A stretch of DNA of 64,000 nt from a bacterium (GCA_963675295.2 CAXXKJ010000002.1:864001-928000); one strand, 5' to 3'. Shown: positions 10,552 through 21,138, numbered from the stretch's first letter. A program made the numbers and translations. The notes: generated by a model from the sequence alone, not told the origin.

Positions 10552-10580
10552 TTGATTTCTGGTTTTTCAGATATTATCCT
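10552..10580 (+). promoter_or_regulatory. sigma70-type promoter TTGATT-N17-TATCCT
   Basis: Spacer counted; conserved with 14557-14585. Confidence 0.55.
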
Positions 10581-10711
10581 TAAAAAACTATATACTGTTA
10601 CTTGCTATGTGAAGTAAGTACTTGATTATTATAAAACAAGGAGCAGGCAGAAACGTTTGAGATAAAAGTCACAAAGAGTACAACGTCATACAACCTTGGG
10701 GGGTTAAGGAA

Positions 10712-13700
10712 ATGAAGGGCATGAAATGGATGGTGGTGCTGGCAGCAATCTTTACACTGCTGGCCGGTGCTGCACAGGCAGATGTCATGATCACAGAGGT
10801 CATGATCAACCCGCTCGCGTCAGGCGACAACTACGGCGAGTGGTTCGAAGTGTACAATGACGGCGCGGAAGACGTCGACATGAGCGGCTGGACGGTTGAG
10901 GACAACGATGGCCAATCGTTCGTGATCTCAGCGTTTACGGTGCCCGCAGGTGACTACGCGGTTTTCGCGAAGTACAATAATGATGGGCTCAACGGGCACG
11001 TACCGTACGACTACAGCTATAATTCGGCGATGAATTTCGATGAGCCGGCGGACGAACTGATGATGTACGACGCCGAAGACAATTTGATGGATCAAGTTAC
11101 TTATGACAGTGGCAACGGCTGGGTGTACGTCGAAGGCGCATCGATTCAGTTGACGGATCTCGGTTCTGACAATAACGATCCGGCGAACTGGATAGTTTCG
11201 GAATACGGCTGGTATGAAGGCAACTGGGACTTTGGCACGCCAGGCATGGCATTCGACGGCCCGTATGCGACGAAGCACATGGTCATCAGCGAGATTCTGT
11301 ATGATCCGTTCTCCAGAGAGGACCAGTACGCGGAATGGTTCGAGGTGCACAACGCGGGTACGGACACGACGAACATGCGCTTGTGGACATTTGAGGATCT
11401 GGGTGGCAACTCATTCAGGGTCAATGCTCACATTCTGGTCGCGCCGGGAGAGTACGCTGTGTTTGGCCGTTACGACAACAACGGCTACAACGGGTACATC
11501 TATCCGGACTATGTGTACGGTGGGGATTTTCCGCTTGATAACCAGGCCGATGAAATCGTCATGCACAGGCCTGACGGAACGTTGCATGACGAGGTGCAGT
11601 ACGACGAATCGATGGGCTGGCCGACAGCCTGGGGCGCCAGCATGCAGTTGATGGACGTCAATGCGGACAACAGCGTCGCGTCCAACTGGACGATCTCCCG
11701 CTACGTCTGGCCGAGTAGCAACGGCGATTTCGGCACGCCGCATGAAGCGTTTGACGGACCGTACGATCCACACAACCTGATCATCAGTGAAATCCTTTAC
11801 GATCCAAACGCGACCGGTGATCAGTATGGTGAGTTCTTCGAAGTCTACAACGCAGGCGATGGTCCGACGGATCTGCGGTTGTGGACGGTGAAGGATGCCG
11901 ATTCCGATTCGTTCGCGGTGGCGGCCAGTGTGACGGTGCAACCGGGTGAGTACAAGGTCTTGGGCCGCTACGGCAACGAAGGCTACAACGGCAACATCGA
12001 CGATGACTATAACTACAACGGCGCGATGGTGATGGACGACGACGCCGACGAGGTCATGCTGTATGATCCGAACAGCCAGTTGCATGACATGGTTGCGTAC
12101 GATGAAGGCAGCGGTTGGCCGACAGCGTCCGGCGCGAGTATGCAGCTGACGGATCTGAACGATGACAACAACGATCCGGCGAGCTGGGTGATTTCGCGGA
12201 ACCCGTGGCCCGGCAGCCCGGGGGACTTCGGCACGCCGCACGATCCGTTTGATGGTCCGTACTACGATCATCACATGGTGATTACGGAAATCATGTACGA
12301 TCCGTATGTGTCTGCGGACAACCATGGGGAGTACTTCGAGCTGTACAACGCCGGTCAGGGACCGACCGACATCCGCCTTTGGGAAATCACCAGCGGAGAT
12401 GAACACTACCGGATTCAGTCCAGTGTCATCGCGCAGCCGGGTGAGTACCTCGTGCTCGGTATTTACGGCAACGAGGGCTACAACGGCCACATCAACGACG
12501 ATCTCGATTACGACAACGTCACGTTGAGCAATGTCGCGGACACGTTGACCATCATCGACCCGTACGGTGAAATTCACGACCAGGTGATGTACGATGAGGA
12601 AAATGGCTGGCCGAAACCGTTCGGCGCGAGTCTGCAGTTAACTGACCCGTTAGCGGACAACAGCGATCCGGCGAACTGGTACGCGGCGATGTGGCCGTGG
12701 CCGGACAGTGACGGCGACCTTGGCACGCCGGGCGTCGCCAATGACGGCCCGTACGCTGAAACACAGATCATCATCAGCGAAATCATGTACAACCCGCTGG
12801 CGGTGTCGGATCAATACGGTGAGTGGTTCGAGTTGCACAACGCCGGTACGGACACGGTCAACCTGAAGTATTGGATGTTCTACGACAACGATGCCGACAG
12901 CTTCTTTCCGACCAGCCAACAGTATGTCGCTCCGGGCGAAGAACTGGTGTTCGGGCGTTATGCAAACCCCGGGTACAACGGCAATGTCGTGGTGAACTTT
13001 GACTACGACAACTTCGTCTTCGATCATGACACCGACGAGATTTACATGTACGACGGCAACGGTGTTCTGATCGATGAAGTCGAGTATGACCTCACTGGCG
13101 ACTTTCCGAGTACCGAAGGCGCGTCGATTTACCTGGCGGACCTGAACACGGACAACAATGTCGGATCGAACTGGTACATCTCGACGATTGCCTGGCCGGG
13201 CAGTGTCGGCGATTTCGGTTCACCAGGTGAAGAAAACCAGGACATACCGGCTCCGTACCAGATCAAGATCACCGAGATCATGAAGGATCCGGCTGCCAGT
13301 TCTGACATTTACGGCGAGTGGTTTGAGATCGTCAACGAGAGCGACGAGCAAATCAACCTCCGTCTGTGGGAGTTCTACGACAACGACACGGATTATTTCC
13401 GGATTACCGACAATGTGTTTGTCGAGGCCGGTGATTATTGCGTGCTCGCGCGCTACGGCAACTATGGCTACAACGGTGGTGTCCAGGACGACTACAACTA
13501 CAATGGTCAGATGATCCTGGACAACGACGAGGACGATGAGATCATCATCCGCGACCTGTTCGGTGAGGTTCAGGACGAAGTCTGGTATCTGGAAGACGGC
13601 ATCTGGCCGGATCCGACCGGTGCGACGATGACGTTGCCGGATCCGCGTCTGCAGAACGACGACCCGGCGAACTGGGTTGTCTCGGAGAAGGCCTGGGGCG

Positions 13701-14422
13701 GCAGCGCCGGCGACTACGGTTCACCGGGTTGGCCGATGGAACGTGGTATTCTCACGTTGAACCCGAACCAGACGGTGATTCCGGCGGGCGGTGGCAACCT
13801 GACCTACGGCATTTCGCTGGTGACGTACCTGTACCCGGTTTACGAGAACTGTGCGTACTGGACCGAAGCGGTCATGCCGGATTCGACGGTTTACCCGATC
13901 GGCAACCAGTACTTCACGCTGACGCCGTTCCTCGCGGTCAATCTGCCGAACCAGGTGCAGCCGGTTCCAGGCGGTGCTCCGGAAGGGACGTACACCTTCA
14001 ACGCGTACGTTGGTTACCCGGAAACGCACATCATGGACAGTTTCGAGTTCACAAAGCTCGGCACGACAGGCGAACCGTTCGGGCCGGAAGACTGGCTCGC
14101 AGCGAATCCGTTTGAGGTGTTGGAAGAATCTGTCGCCAGCGAACCGGAACTGCCGACTGTGTTTGCGGTTGGCAACGCCTATCCGAACCCGTTCAACCCG
14201 AGCACGTCGCTGGATATCGACCTGCCGGAAGCGGGTGAGGTTGAGGTGGCAGTGTACAACGTGGCCGGACAGTTGGTCGCTACGGTAACGAAGGGTGTCT
14301 ACCAGGCTGGCTACCACACGTTCAGCATCGACGGGTCACACTGGGCGAGCGGCGTGTATTTCGTTCGCGCGACGATCCCTGGTCAGTTGACCGAGATGCG
14401 CAAAATTGTCCTTATGAAGTGA
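10712..14422 (+). CDS. Lamin-tail-domain repeat protein (6 LTD) with Ig-like domain and T9SS CTD
   Basis: Signal peptide; six LTD repeats; C-terminus YPNPFN...RKIVLMK. Confidence 0.85.
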   Translation: MKGMKWMVVLAAIFTLLAGAAQADVMITEVMINPLASGDNYGEWFEVYNDGAEDVDMSGWTVEDNDGQSFVISAFTVPAGDYAVFAKYNNDGLNGHVPYDYSYNSAMNFDEPADELMMYDAEDNLMDQVTYDSGNGWVYVEGASIQLTDLGSDNNDPANWIVSEYGWYEGNWDFGTPGMAFDGPYATKHMVISEILYDPFSREDQYAEWFEVHNAGTDTTNMRLWTFEDLGGNSFRVNAHILVAPGEYAVFGRYDNNGYNGYIYPDYVYGGDFPLDNQADEIVMHRPDGTLHDEVQYDESMGWPTAWGASMQLMDVNADNSVASNWTISRYVWPSSNGDFGTPHEAFDGPYDPHNLIISEILYDPNATGDQYGEFFEVYNAGDGPTDLRLWTVKDADSDSFAVAASVTVQPGEYKVLGRYGNEGYNGNIDDDYNYNGAMVMDDDADEVMLYDPNSQLHDMVAYDEGSGWPTASGASMQLTDLNDDNNDPASWVISRNPWPGSPGDFGTPHDPFDGPYYDHHMVITEIMYDPYVSADNHGEYFELYNAGQGPTDIRLWEITSGDEHYRIQSSVIAQPGEYLVLGIYGNEGYNGHINDDLDYDNVTLSNVADTLTIIDPYGEIHDQVMYDEENGWPKPFGASLQLTDPLADNSDPANWYAAMWPWPDSDGDLGTPGVANDGPYAETQIIISEIMYNPLAVSDQYGEWFELHNAGTDTVNLKYWMFYDNDADSFFPTSQQYVAPGEELVFGRYANPGYNGNVVVNFDYDNFVFDHDTDEIYMYDGNGVLIDEVEYDLTGDFPSTEGASIYLADLNTDNNVGSNWYISTIAWPGSVGDFGSPGEENQDIPAPYQIKITEIMKDPAASSDIYGEWFEIVNESDEQINLRLWEFYDNDTDYFRITDNVFVEAGDYCVLARYGNYGYNGGVQDDYNYNGQMILDNDEDDEIIIRDLFGEVQDEVWYLEDGIWPDPTGATMTLPDPRLQNDDPANWVVSEKAWGGSAGDYGSPGWPMERGILTLNPNQTVIPAGGGNLTYGISLVTYLYPVYENCAYWTEAVMPDSTVYPIGNQYFTLTPFLAVNLPNQVQPVPGGAPEGTYTFNAYVGYPETHIMDSFEFTKLGTTGEPFGPEDWLAANPFEVLEESVASEPELPTVFAVGNAYPNPFNPSTSLDIDLPEAGEVEVAVYNVAGQLVATVTKGVYQAGYHTFSIDGSHWASGVYFVRATIPGQLTEMRKIVLMK

Positions 14423-14462
14423 GTTAGCTAGCTCGATACTTGCACAGATATGCAAACATGAT

Positions 14463-14495
14463 AGCCAGTCCGGCTAAGCTACCGGACTGGCTTTT
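14463..14495 (+). terminator. Intrinsic terminator
   Basis: AGCCAGTCCGG/CCGGACTGGCT stem followed by TTT. Confidence 0.75.
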
Positions 14496-14556
14496 CAAAC
14501 TCCTAGGGGACTATAGGCCTCCGAGACGAATACTTAAAGTATTTTTGGAAGTCAAG

Positions 14557-14585
14557 TTGATTTCCCACCGTATTGATATTATCCT
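14557..14585 (+). promoter_or_regulatory. sigma70-type promoter TTGATT-N17-TATCCT
   Basis: Spacer counted. Confidence 0.55.
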
Positions 14586-14712
14586 TAAAAACCAATATAC
14601 TGCAAACAGGGCGTGTCGTAATATATTATTATTTTGCAACTTTCGTAGCGGCATCACGAGTAACAACACAACACAAAGAAGCACGCAGCATACAACCTTG
14701 GGGGTAGAACAC

Positions 14713-17700
14713 ATGAAGGGCATAACTTGGGTGGGAGCTTGGGCGTTAATCATGTTGGCGCTGATCGGGACTGCTCGGGCTGATATTGTGATTACTGAGA
14801 TCATGGTTGATCCGCTGGTGGCGTCCGACGCCAACGGTCAGTGGTTTGAATTGTACAACAGCAGTGCGGAGGCAGTCGACCTTTCCGGCTGGTCCTTTTC
14901 GGACAATGACGGTCAGAATTATGTCGTTTCCTCTTACACGATCGAAGCGGGCGACTATGCTGTGTTCGGTATTACGACCAGCACGTTCTACAATGGCAAC
15001 ACCCCGGTAAATCTAGCGTATGGTTCCGCAATAACATTCGATTACTCGGCGGATGAACTTTTGATTTACGATGCGACCAGCAACCTCGTAGACGAAGTGT
15101 GGTATGACGAGAGCACGTGGTCGTACTGTGAAGGTGCATCAATTCAGTTGTCTGACCCTGGATTGGACAATAACGATCCTTCAAACTGGGTCATTTCCGG
15201 ATTCGGCTGGATGACGGGTAACGTCGATAATGGTACGCCCGGCGTGGCATTCGATGGTCCCTATGCGATTCCTGCCATTGTGGTAAGCGAACTGCTGTTC
15301 CACCCGAATGTCGCCAGTGAAGCGAATGGTGAGTGGTTCGAGATATTTAACGCTGGCACGGAGTCCACTGACATGCGTCTCTGGAATTTTCGGGATGCAG
15401 ACAATACTGGTTTTCGTCTTGAGGCTCACCTGATTATCGAACCAGGTGATTTCCTGGTATTCGCGCCGACAACCAGCACCTTTTATAACGGCGGTGTGCC
15501 GGTTGACTTGCAGTATGGGGGGGCGATCACATTCGACAATGATCAGGATGAGCTGATTCTATACAATCCTTACGGCGATGTTCATGACCAGGTGCAGTAT
15601 AACGTGGCGAACGGCTGGCCGACTGCCAGTGGTGCCAGTATGCAGTTAACAGACCTCGGCGCAGACAATGATGATCCGGCGAACTGGGTGATTTCCCGCA
15701 ATGCGTGGGTAGGCAGTGCGGGCGACTTCGGTACGCCGGGTGAGGTGTTCGACGGACCTTACGCTCCGTATGACATGGTGATTACCGAGCTGATGTATGA
15801 TCCGTACGTCTCTTCGGATGAGAACGGGGAATGGTTCGAGATCACCAACGCGGGTTCAGTTCCGGAAAACCTGCGGTTGTGGGAGTTCTTCACCAGCGAC
15901 AACTATTTCCGTGTCAGTGGCAGCATCATGGTGCCGGCGGGTGAAAGCGTCGTCTTCGCTCCGACAACCAGCACTTTCTATAATGGCGGAGTAGCTGTCG
16001 ACTATGCGTATGGTGGTGCTTTGAGCTTCGAAAACGAAGCCGACCAATTAAAAATCGTAGACCCCTCTGGGGTAGTTCATGACAGTATTGCCTATGATGA
16101 AGCTGGCGATTGGCCGCAGCCGTTCGGTGCGAGCATGCAATTAAACGACATCAACAATGAAAACAACGATGGCACCAACTGGTATGCGTCCATGTGGCCG
16201 TGGACCGGCAGTGCCGGCGATCTCGGCACACCGGGTGAAGTTAACGACGGGCCATATGAGGATCCACACGTCATCATCAGTGAGATCATGTACAACCCGC
16301 TGGCGTCCAGCGACGACAGCGGGGAATGGTTTGAGCTGCACAACGCAGGCCAGGACACGATTAACGTCAAGTACTGGACCATGTATGATGCCGGGGGGCA
16401 GAGTTTCTTTCCCGCTGCACAGCTGTACATCCCGCCGGGTGAGGAAGTGGTGTTGGGCAGGAACGGGTCAATGTCATACAATGGCGGTATCGCCTCCATG
16501 GACTACGTTTTTGGTGGCGCCATGGCTTTCGACAACGATGCCGACGAGCTGTTCCTGACCGACTTGAACGGCAATGCGATTGACGCCGTCGAATATGATT
16601 TGAGTAGCGACTGGCCGGATGTGGAAGGGGCGTCGATATATTTGCCGGACGTACTGGCGGATAACAACCTCGCTTCGAGTTGGCACATTGCGACCTTGGC
16701 CTGGTCAGGGAGTTACGGCGATTTTGGTTCACCAGGCGAGGCAAACCAGGCAGTACCGGGTCCTTACACGTTCGTCATCTCGGAAATCATGATCAATCCG
16801 GTGGCTTCCAGCGACGATAATGGTGAGTGGTTCGAGTTGTTCAACAACGGTCCGGAACCGGTCAACCTGCGTCTCTGGGAGTTCTACGACAACGATGGTC
16901 AAAGCTTCATCATCCCGAGCGATGTTTTCATCGGCACAAACGAGTACATCGTGCTCGGACGAAACGGAAGCACATTCTATAACGGCGGTGTGACGCCGAT
17001 GGCCTATGTTTACAGCGGTGCGATGTCATTCGACAACGACGCCGACGAACTCATTATGAAGGATATTCGCAACAACATCGTCGACCGTGTGGAGTGGACG
17101 ACGGATGTCGAATGGCCGCATCCGGAAGGCGCGTCGATTTACTTGCTGAATCCGTACGAAGACAACAACGTCGGCACCAGCTGGGCAATTTCGACGGAAG
17201 CCTGGCCAGGTTCGTACGGAGACTATGGATCGCCGAATGAGAGCAACGTTGCGGGTCTGCTCGATGTGACCCCACTGGTGGAAACCATCCCGGCTGCAGG
17301 CGGTACGTTGACCTACGACATGCACCTGATCAGCTACCTGGCGAACTCGTTTGAGAACATGGCGTACACGGCGAAGGTAATGTTGCCGGGTGGATCACCG
17401 ACGATTCAGCTGATGAACCAGTACTTCACGCTGCCGCCGTTCTTCAACTATTCAACGCAGATCTCGCACGTTGTCCCACCGGGTGCACCGGCTGGAGAAT
17501 ACCTGTACAGTGCACGTGTAGGCTATCCGACAGTGTATGTGAGCGACAGCTTCACGTTTACCAAGCTGGGTTCGACCGGGGAATCATGGTCATTGGAGGA
17601 TTGGACCACGTCCGGATTCGGAATCGCAGAGGACCTAATCAGCAGCGAACCCGAGGCGGCGTTGCCGACAGTGTTTGCGGTTGGCAACGCGTACCCGAAC

Positions 17701-17934
17701 CCGTTCAACCCGAGTACGTCACTGGATATCGACCTGCCGGAAGCGGGTGAGGTTGAGGTGGCGGTGTACAACGTGGCCGGGCAGCTGGTCGCGACGGTGA
17801 CGAAGGGTGTCTACCAGGCTGGCTACCACACGTTCAGCATCGACGGGTCACACTGGGCGAGCGGCGTGTATTTCGTTCGCGCGACGATCCCGGGTCAGTT
17901 GACCGAGATGCGGAAGATCGTGCTGATGAAGTAA
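14713..17934 (+). CDS. Lamin-tail-domain repeat protein (5 LTD) with Ig-like domain and T9SS CTD
   Basis: ATG at 14713 (MKGITW..., paralogous to MKGMKW at 10712); five LTD repeats; CTD nearly identical to that of the 10712 gene. Confidence 0.85.
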   Translation: MKGITWVGAWALIMLALIGTARADIVITEIMVDPLVASDANGQWFELYNSSAEAVDLSGWSFSDNDGQNYVVSSYTIEAGDYAVFGITTSTFYNGNTPVNLAYGSAITFDYSADELLIYDATSNLVDEVWYDESTWSYCEGASIQLSDPGLDNNDPSNWVISGFGWMTGNVDNGTPGVAFDGPYAIPAIVVSELLFHPNVASEANGEWFEIFNAGTESTDMRLWNFRDADNTGFRLEAHLIIEPGDFLVFAPTTSTFYNGGVPVDLQYGGAITFDNDQDELILYNPYGDVHDQVQYNVANGWPTASGASMQLTDLGADNDDPANWVISRNAWVGSAGDFGTPGEVFDGPYAPYDMVITELMYDPYVSSDENGEWFEITNAGSVPENLRLWEFFTSDNYFRVSGSIMVPAGESVVFAPTTSTFYNGGVAVDYAYGGALSFENEADQLKIVDPSGVVHDSIAYDEAGDWPQPFGASMQLNDINNENNDGTNWYASMWPWTGSAGDLGTPGEVNDGPYEDPHVIISEIMYNPLASSDDSGEWFELHNAGQDTINVKYWTMYDAGGQSFFPAAQLYIPPGEEVVLGRNGSMSYNGGIASMDYVFGGAMAFDNDADELFLTDLNGNAIDAVEYDLSSDWPDVEGASIYLPDVLADNNLASSWHIATLAWSGSYGDFGSPGEANQAVPGPYTFVISEIMINPVASSDDNGEWFELFNNGPEPVNLRLWEFYDNDGQSFIIPSDVFIGTNEYIVLGRNGSTFYNGGVTPMAYVYSGAMSFDNDADELIMKDIRNNIVDRVEWTTDVEWPHPEGASIYLLNPYEDNNVGTSWAISTEAWPGSYGDYGSPNESNVAGLLDVTPLVETIPAAGGTLTYDMHLISYLANSFENMAYTAKVMLPGGSPTIQLMNQYFTLPPFFNYSTQISHVVPPGAPAGEYLYSARVGYPTVYVSDSFTFTKLGSTGESWSLEDWTTSGFGIAEDLISSEPEAALPTVFAVGNAYPNPFNPSTSLDIDLPEAGEVEVAVYNVAGQLVATVTKGVYQAGYHTFSIDGSHWASGVYFVRATIPGQLTEMRKIVLMK

Positions 17935-18035
17935 AGACAGTCTTGAGTCCCGAGTCTTGAGTCCTGAGACAAAGACTTCGATACGGACTTCAGACATGAG
18001 TTTCAGGCCTAGACTGAAGACGAAAAACGTTTCAT

Positions 18036-18065
18036 CGGGGACACTTACTCCGCTAAGTGTCCCCG
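18036..18065 (+). repeat. GGGGACAC-type REP-like palindrome / terminator
   Basis: CGGGGACACTTACTCCGCTAAGTGTCCCCG followed by TTTTT; one mismatch to the reverse complement of 61828-61857. Confidence 0.75.
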
Positions 18066-18261
18066 TTTTTATCTGTCGCGTGATAGCCAGACCATTTGGT
18101 GCCCGCTGAGCAACAAGGCTGCCGCCGATCCGCCCATTGCCGTCCATCAGGTCAATTCCGGGATTTTCGAGTTGCCTCTGGTCTGGCCGGGACAATGCTC
18201 GTACATTTCGAGGTTACACTACATCACAACGGTTCCCGTGAGACACATGGAGAGTACCAGA

Positions 18262-19605
18262 ATGAAATGGTCCCCTGCCTTGACGGCACTTTTGTTGTTG
18301 CTGGTTCTGTCAATCAGTGCAACCGCCGAGCCGGTGCAATCAGTGCCGGACGGACGGTTCTATATCACCGTGGGCGACGAGCAGATTTGTACGCCTTACC
18401 TGTCCAACCAGTCCATCGACGAGACCCATCCGAGTCGTGACCGCTGTGTGATCATCCTGCCGGGTGGATCACGTGACATTGAGCAGGTTGGCGACTGGAT
18501 GCAGCAGGCGGCGTTCCAGGCAGACGCGTTGGAGACGACATTGCTGGTCGGCGTCCAATTCCTGCTGGAAACCGATGTTGACACGCATCTGCTGCATGAT
18601 GACGTCGCGTTCTGGGACCACATGGCGTGGTACAACGGCGACGTGAGCGATTCCAGCGGGCACAATCCGCGGTATGCTCGCGCGAGCAGCTTTACGTTCA
18701 TGGACAGCCTGGTGTATCACATCTGGCAGTTGAACCCGCATTTTGAGACGTTTGTCATCACCGGCCCGTCCGCTGGCGGGAAGTACACCCAGCGCTACGC
18801 CGCGACGAACCGGATCGAAACCTTCCTCGCGCAGAATGACGGCCCGCCGATGATCTACACCACGATCAACAACGGATCGTTCGTGTACATGGACGCCGGA
18901 CGGCGCGCGATCGACGGTTCTTTCCCGGAGGCGGACGATTTGTCGCTGACCTTCATCCCACGGTACAACAAGTATCCGTACGGGTTGGAAGAGTTGAACG
19001 ACTATGCGGCGGAAACCGGGTCGCAGACGATCTACAACCAGTACCGTTATCGTTGGGGATTTTACATCATCGGCGAGTTGGACAGCGGTCCGAACTCGGA
19101 TGATCAACCGATGGCGTTACAGGGCTACAACAACATTCAGCGGAATGTGTTCTACGCCGAGCACCTGACTTCGACCTACGGCACCGATCACAACCATGAG
19201 GTGATCGTGATCGAGGGCGCGGACCACAACACGCATGAGATCATCCTCGACCCGACGACATGGGAACCGCTGTTCTACTTTGTTCCGCCGGAGTCGGCGG
19301 TGGAGGAAGAGGGTGGTAATGGTGACTCGTCAACGTTGCCGCGGGAAGCGTCGCTGTCGGCCTACCCGAACCCGTTCAACCCGAGCACGAACCTGACAGT
19401 TTCCCTGCCGCACGCCGGCCAGCTTAAGGTGGAAGTGTTCAACATTGCGGGTCAGCGGGTTGCGTTGCTCGAGGACGCGCCGGTCAGCGCTGGCGAGCAC
19501 GCGTTCACCTTCGCGCCGGAGCAGCAGAGCAGCGGGGTGTATTTCGTGCATGTGACCGCTCGCGGCCAGCTCTCCGAAGTCCGCAAGATCACGCTGCTGA
19601 AGTAG
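18262..19605 (+). CDS. Secreted alpha/beta-hydrolase-fold protein with T9SS CTD
   Basis: Signal peptide, GPSAGG nucleophile elbow, EGADH, CTD. Confidence 0.75.
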   Translation: MKWSPALTALLLLLVLSISATAEPVQSVPDGRFYITVGDEQICTPYLSNQSIDETHPSRDRCVIILPGGSRDIEQVGDWMQQAAFQADALETTLLVGVQFLLETDVDTHLLHDDVAFWDHMAWYNGDVSDSSGHNPRYARASSFTFMDSLVYHIWQLNPHFETFVITGPSAGGKYTQRYAATNRIETFLAQNDGPPMIYTTINNGSFVYMDAGRRAIDGSFPEADDLSLTFIPRYNKYPYGLEELNDYAAETGSQTIYNQYRYRWGFYIIGELDSGPNSDDQPMALQGYNNIQRNVFYAEHLTSTYGTDHNHEVIVIEGADHNTHEIILDPTTWEPLFYFVPPESAVEEEGGNGDSSTLPREASLSAYPNPFNPSTNLTVSLPHAGQLKVEVFNIAGQRVALLEDAPVSAGEHAFTFAPEQQSSGVYFVHVTARGQLSEVRKITLLK

Positions 19606-19646
19606 GCCTCGGCACGAATAGAAGTGGTGTACATTGTTGCATTTTT

Positions 19647-19671
19647 CAGCCCGGACACATCGTCCGGGCTG
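19647..19671 (+). terminator. Hairpin, probable terminator
   Basis: CAGCCCGGAC/GTCCGGGCTG perfect stem after the stop at 19605. Confidence 0.55.
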
Positions 19672-19800
19672 TTCTGTTCCATTCCTCGGGTGAACTCGGC
19701 GGCGTGTCGCGATCACCGTTGCTTTTTCGAAAGCTCGACCCCCATTTTACAACTCTCGCCGAGGTTCGGGTTCAACGCTTTTGCGTGGTGGAGGAGTGAG

Positions 19801-21138
19801 ATGAGATCGTTTGTACTCGTACTGTTCGCCCTGCTGATGCTGAGCGGAACGTGCTATCTAACCTATGCGGATCCAGTGCAGCACGTCCCGCCGTATCGCT
19901 ACACCATCACGGTTGACAACCACTCGCTCTCGCTTCCGATGATCTACAACGAAGACCCGAGCGAACCTCATCCCGAAGCAACTCGTGCGGTGTTGTACAC
20001 CTCGAACGGGACCCGTGAAGTGGTGCCGATCGGTCAGACACTTGTCGATGCGCGCGATTTGGCGGGTGTCGACTCGGCGTCGGTGCTGATGGTTGGCCTG
20101 CAGTACCTCTATGAAGTCGATATCGAAGCGCACGATCTCGACGACGATGTCGCGTTCTGGAAGCACGAGCACTGGTTCATCGGCAATCTCAGCGACTCGA
20201 CGGAAACGCACCCGCGTCCGGTGAAGATCAGCGCGTATGCGTGGATGGACACGTTGCTCGCGCAGGTGGTGAATCTGAACCCGCAGATCGAGATCATTTC
20301 CTTCCTCGGCGAATCGGCTGGCGGAAAGTTTTTCCAGCGCTATGCCGCGACCACCCGGCTGCCGTACGAGATGGACCTGCCGCAGCTGGTATTCGTAACG
20401 GTCAACAATGGATCGTTCCTCTATTTCGACGAATACCGTTTCGACCTCGATGATGAGTGGACCATCCCCGGGCCGATCAACCAGTCGTTCGTGCCGAAGT
20501 ACAACGAGTGGCCGTACGGGCTGGAGGAGCTGAACGAATACGTTACGTTGACCGGTGCGCAGGTCGTTTTCGACAACTTCCCCTCGCGCAACATGTTCCA
20601 TTTCATCGGCGAAGAGGACAACGGTCTAAACTCCGACGACAAGCCGATGAACATGCAGGGTATGAACAACATCATGCGGCACGTCTTCTACTGGGATCAC
20701 CTGCATCATGTCTGGGGTGACGGCATCGAGGACACGCAGCAGGTGATCGTGATGGAGGATTACGGTCACGAGGGCCACGCGATCGTGCGTTCACCCGCCT
20801 GCCGCAACGCCTTGTTCCTTTACGATCCGTCCACTTCGGTGGATAAAACCGGGAACGCGAACGGCACGTTGCCGGCGAGTGTGGAGTTGAGCTCGTACCC
20901 GAACCCGTTCAACCCGTCCGCGACGGTCAAGCTGTATCTGCCGTCCCCGGGCGAGGTACGGGTAAGCGTGTTCAACCTGCTGGGTGAATCGGTCGCGACA
21001 CTGGCGCATGAGGACATGGCGGCGGGGTCGCACACGTTCACGTTTGACGGGTCCGAGATGAGCAGCGGCGTGTACTTCGTGCAGGTTGTCGCGCCGGGAC
21101 AGGTCTACAAGACGAAGAAGATCACGCTGGTGAAGTGA
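19801..21138 (+). CDS. Secreted alpha/beta-hydrolase-fold protein with T9SS CTD (paralog of the 18262 gene)
   Basis: GGAGGAG RBS, signal peptide, GESAGG; shares QRYAAT, NNGSF.Y, PYGLEELN and NSDD.PM with the upstream gene. Confidence 0.75.
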   Translation: MRSFVLVLFALLMLSGTCYLTYADPVQHVPPYRYTITVDNHSLSLPMIYNEDPSEPHPEATRAVLYTSNGTREVVPIGQTLVDARDLAGVDSASVLMVGLQYLYEVDIEAHDLDDDVAFWKHEHWFIGNLSDSTETHPRPVKISAYAWMDTLLAQVVNLNPQIEIISFLGESAGGKFFQRYAATTRLPYEMDLPQLVFVTVNNGSFLYFDEYRFDLDDEWTIPGPINQSFVPKYNEWPYGLEELNEYVTLTGAQVVFDNFPSRNMFHFIGEEDNGLNSDDKPMNMQGMNNIMRHVFYWDHLHHVWGDGIEDTQQVIVMEDYGHEGHAIVRSPACRNALFLYDPSTSVDKTGNANGTLPASVELSSYPNPFNPSATVKLYLPSPGEVRVSVFNLLGESVATLAHEDMAAGSHTFTFDGSEMSSGVYFVQVVAPGQVYKTKKITLVK

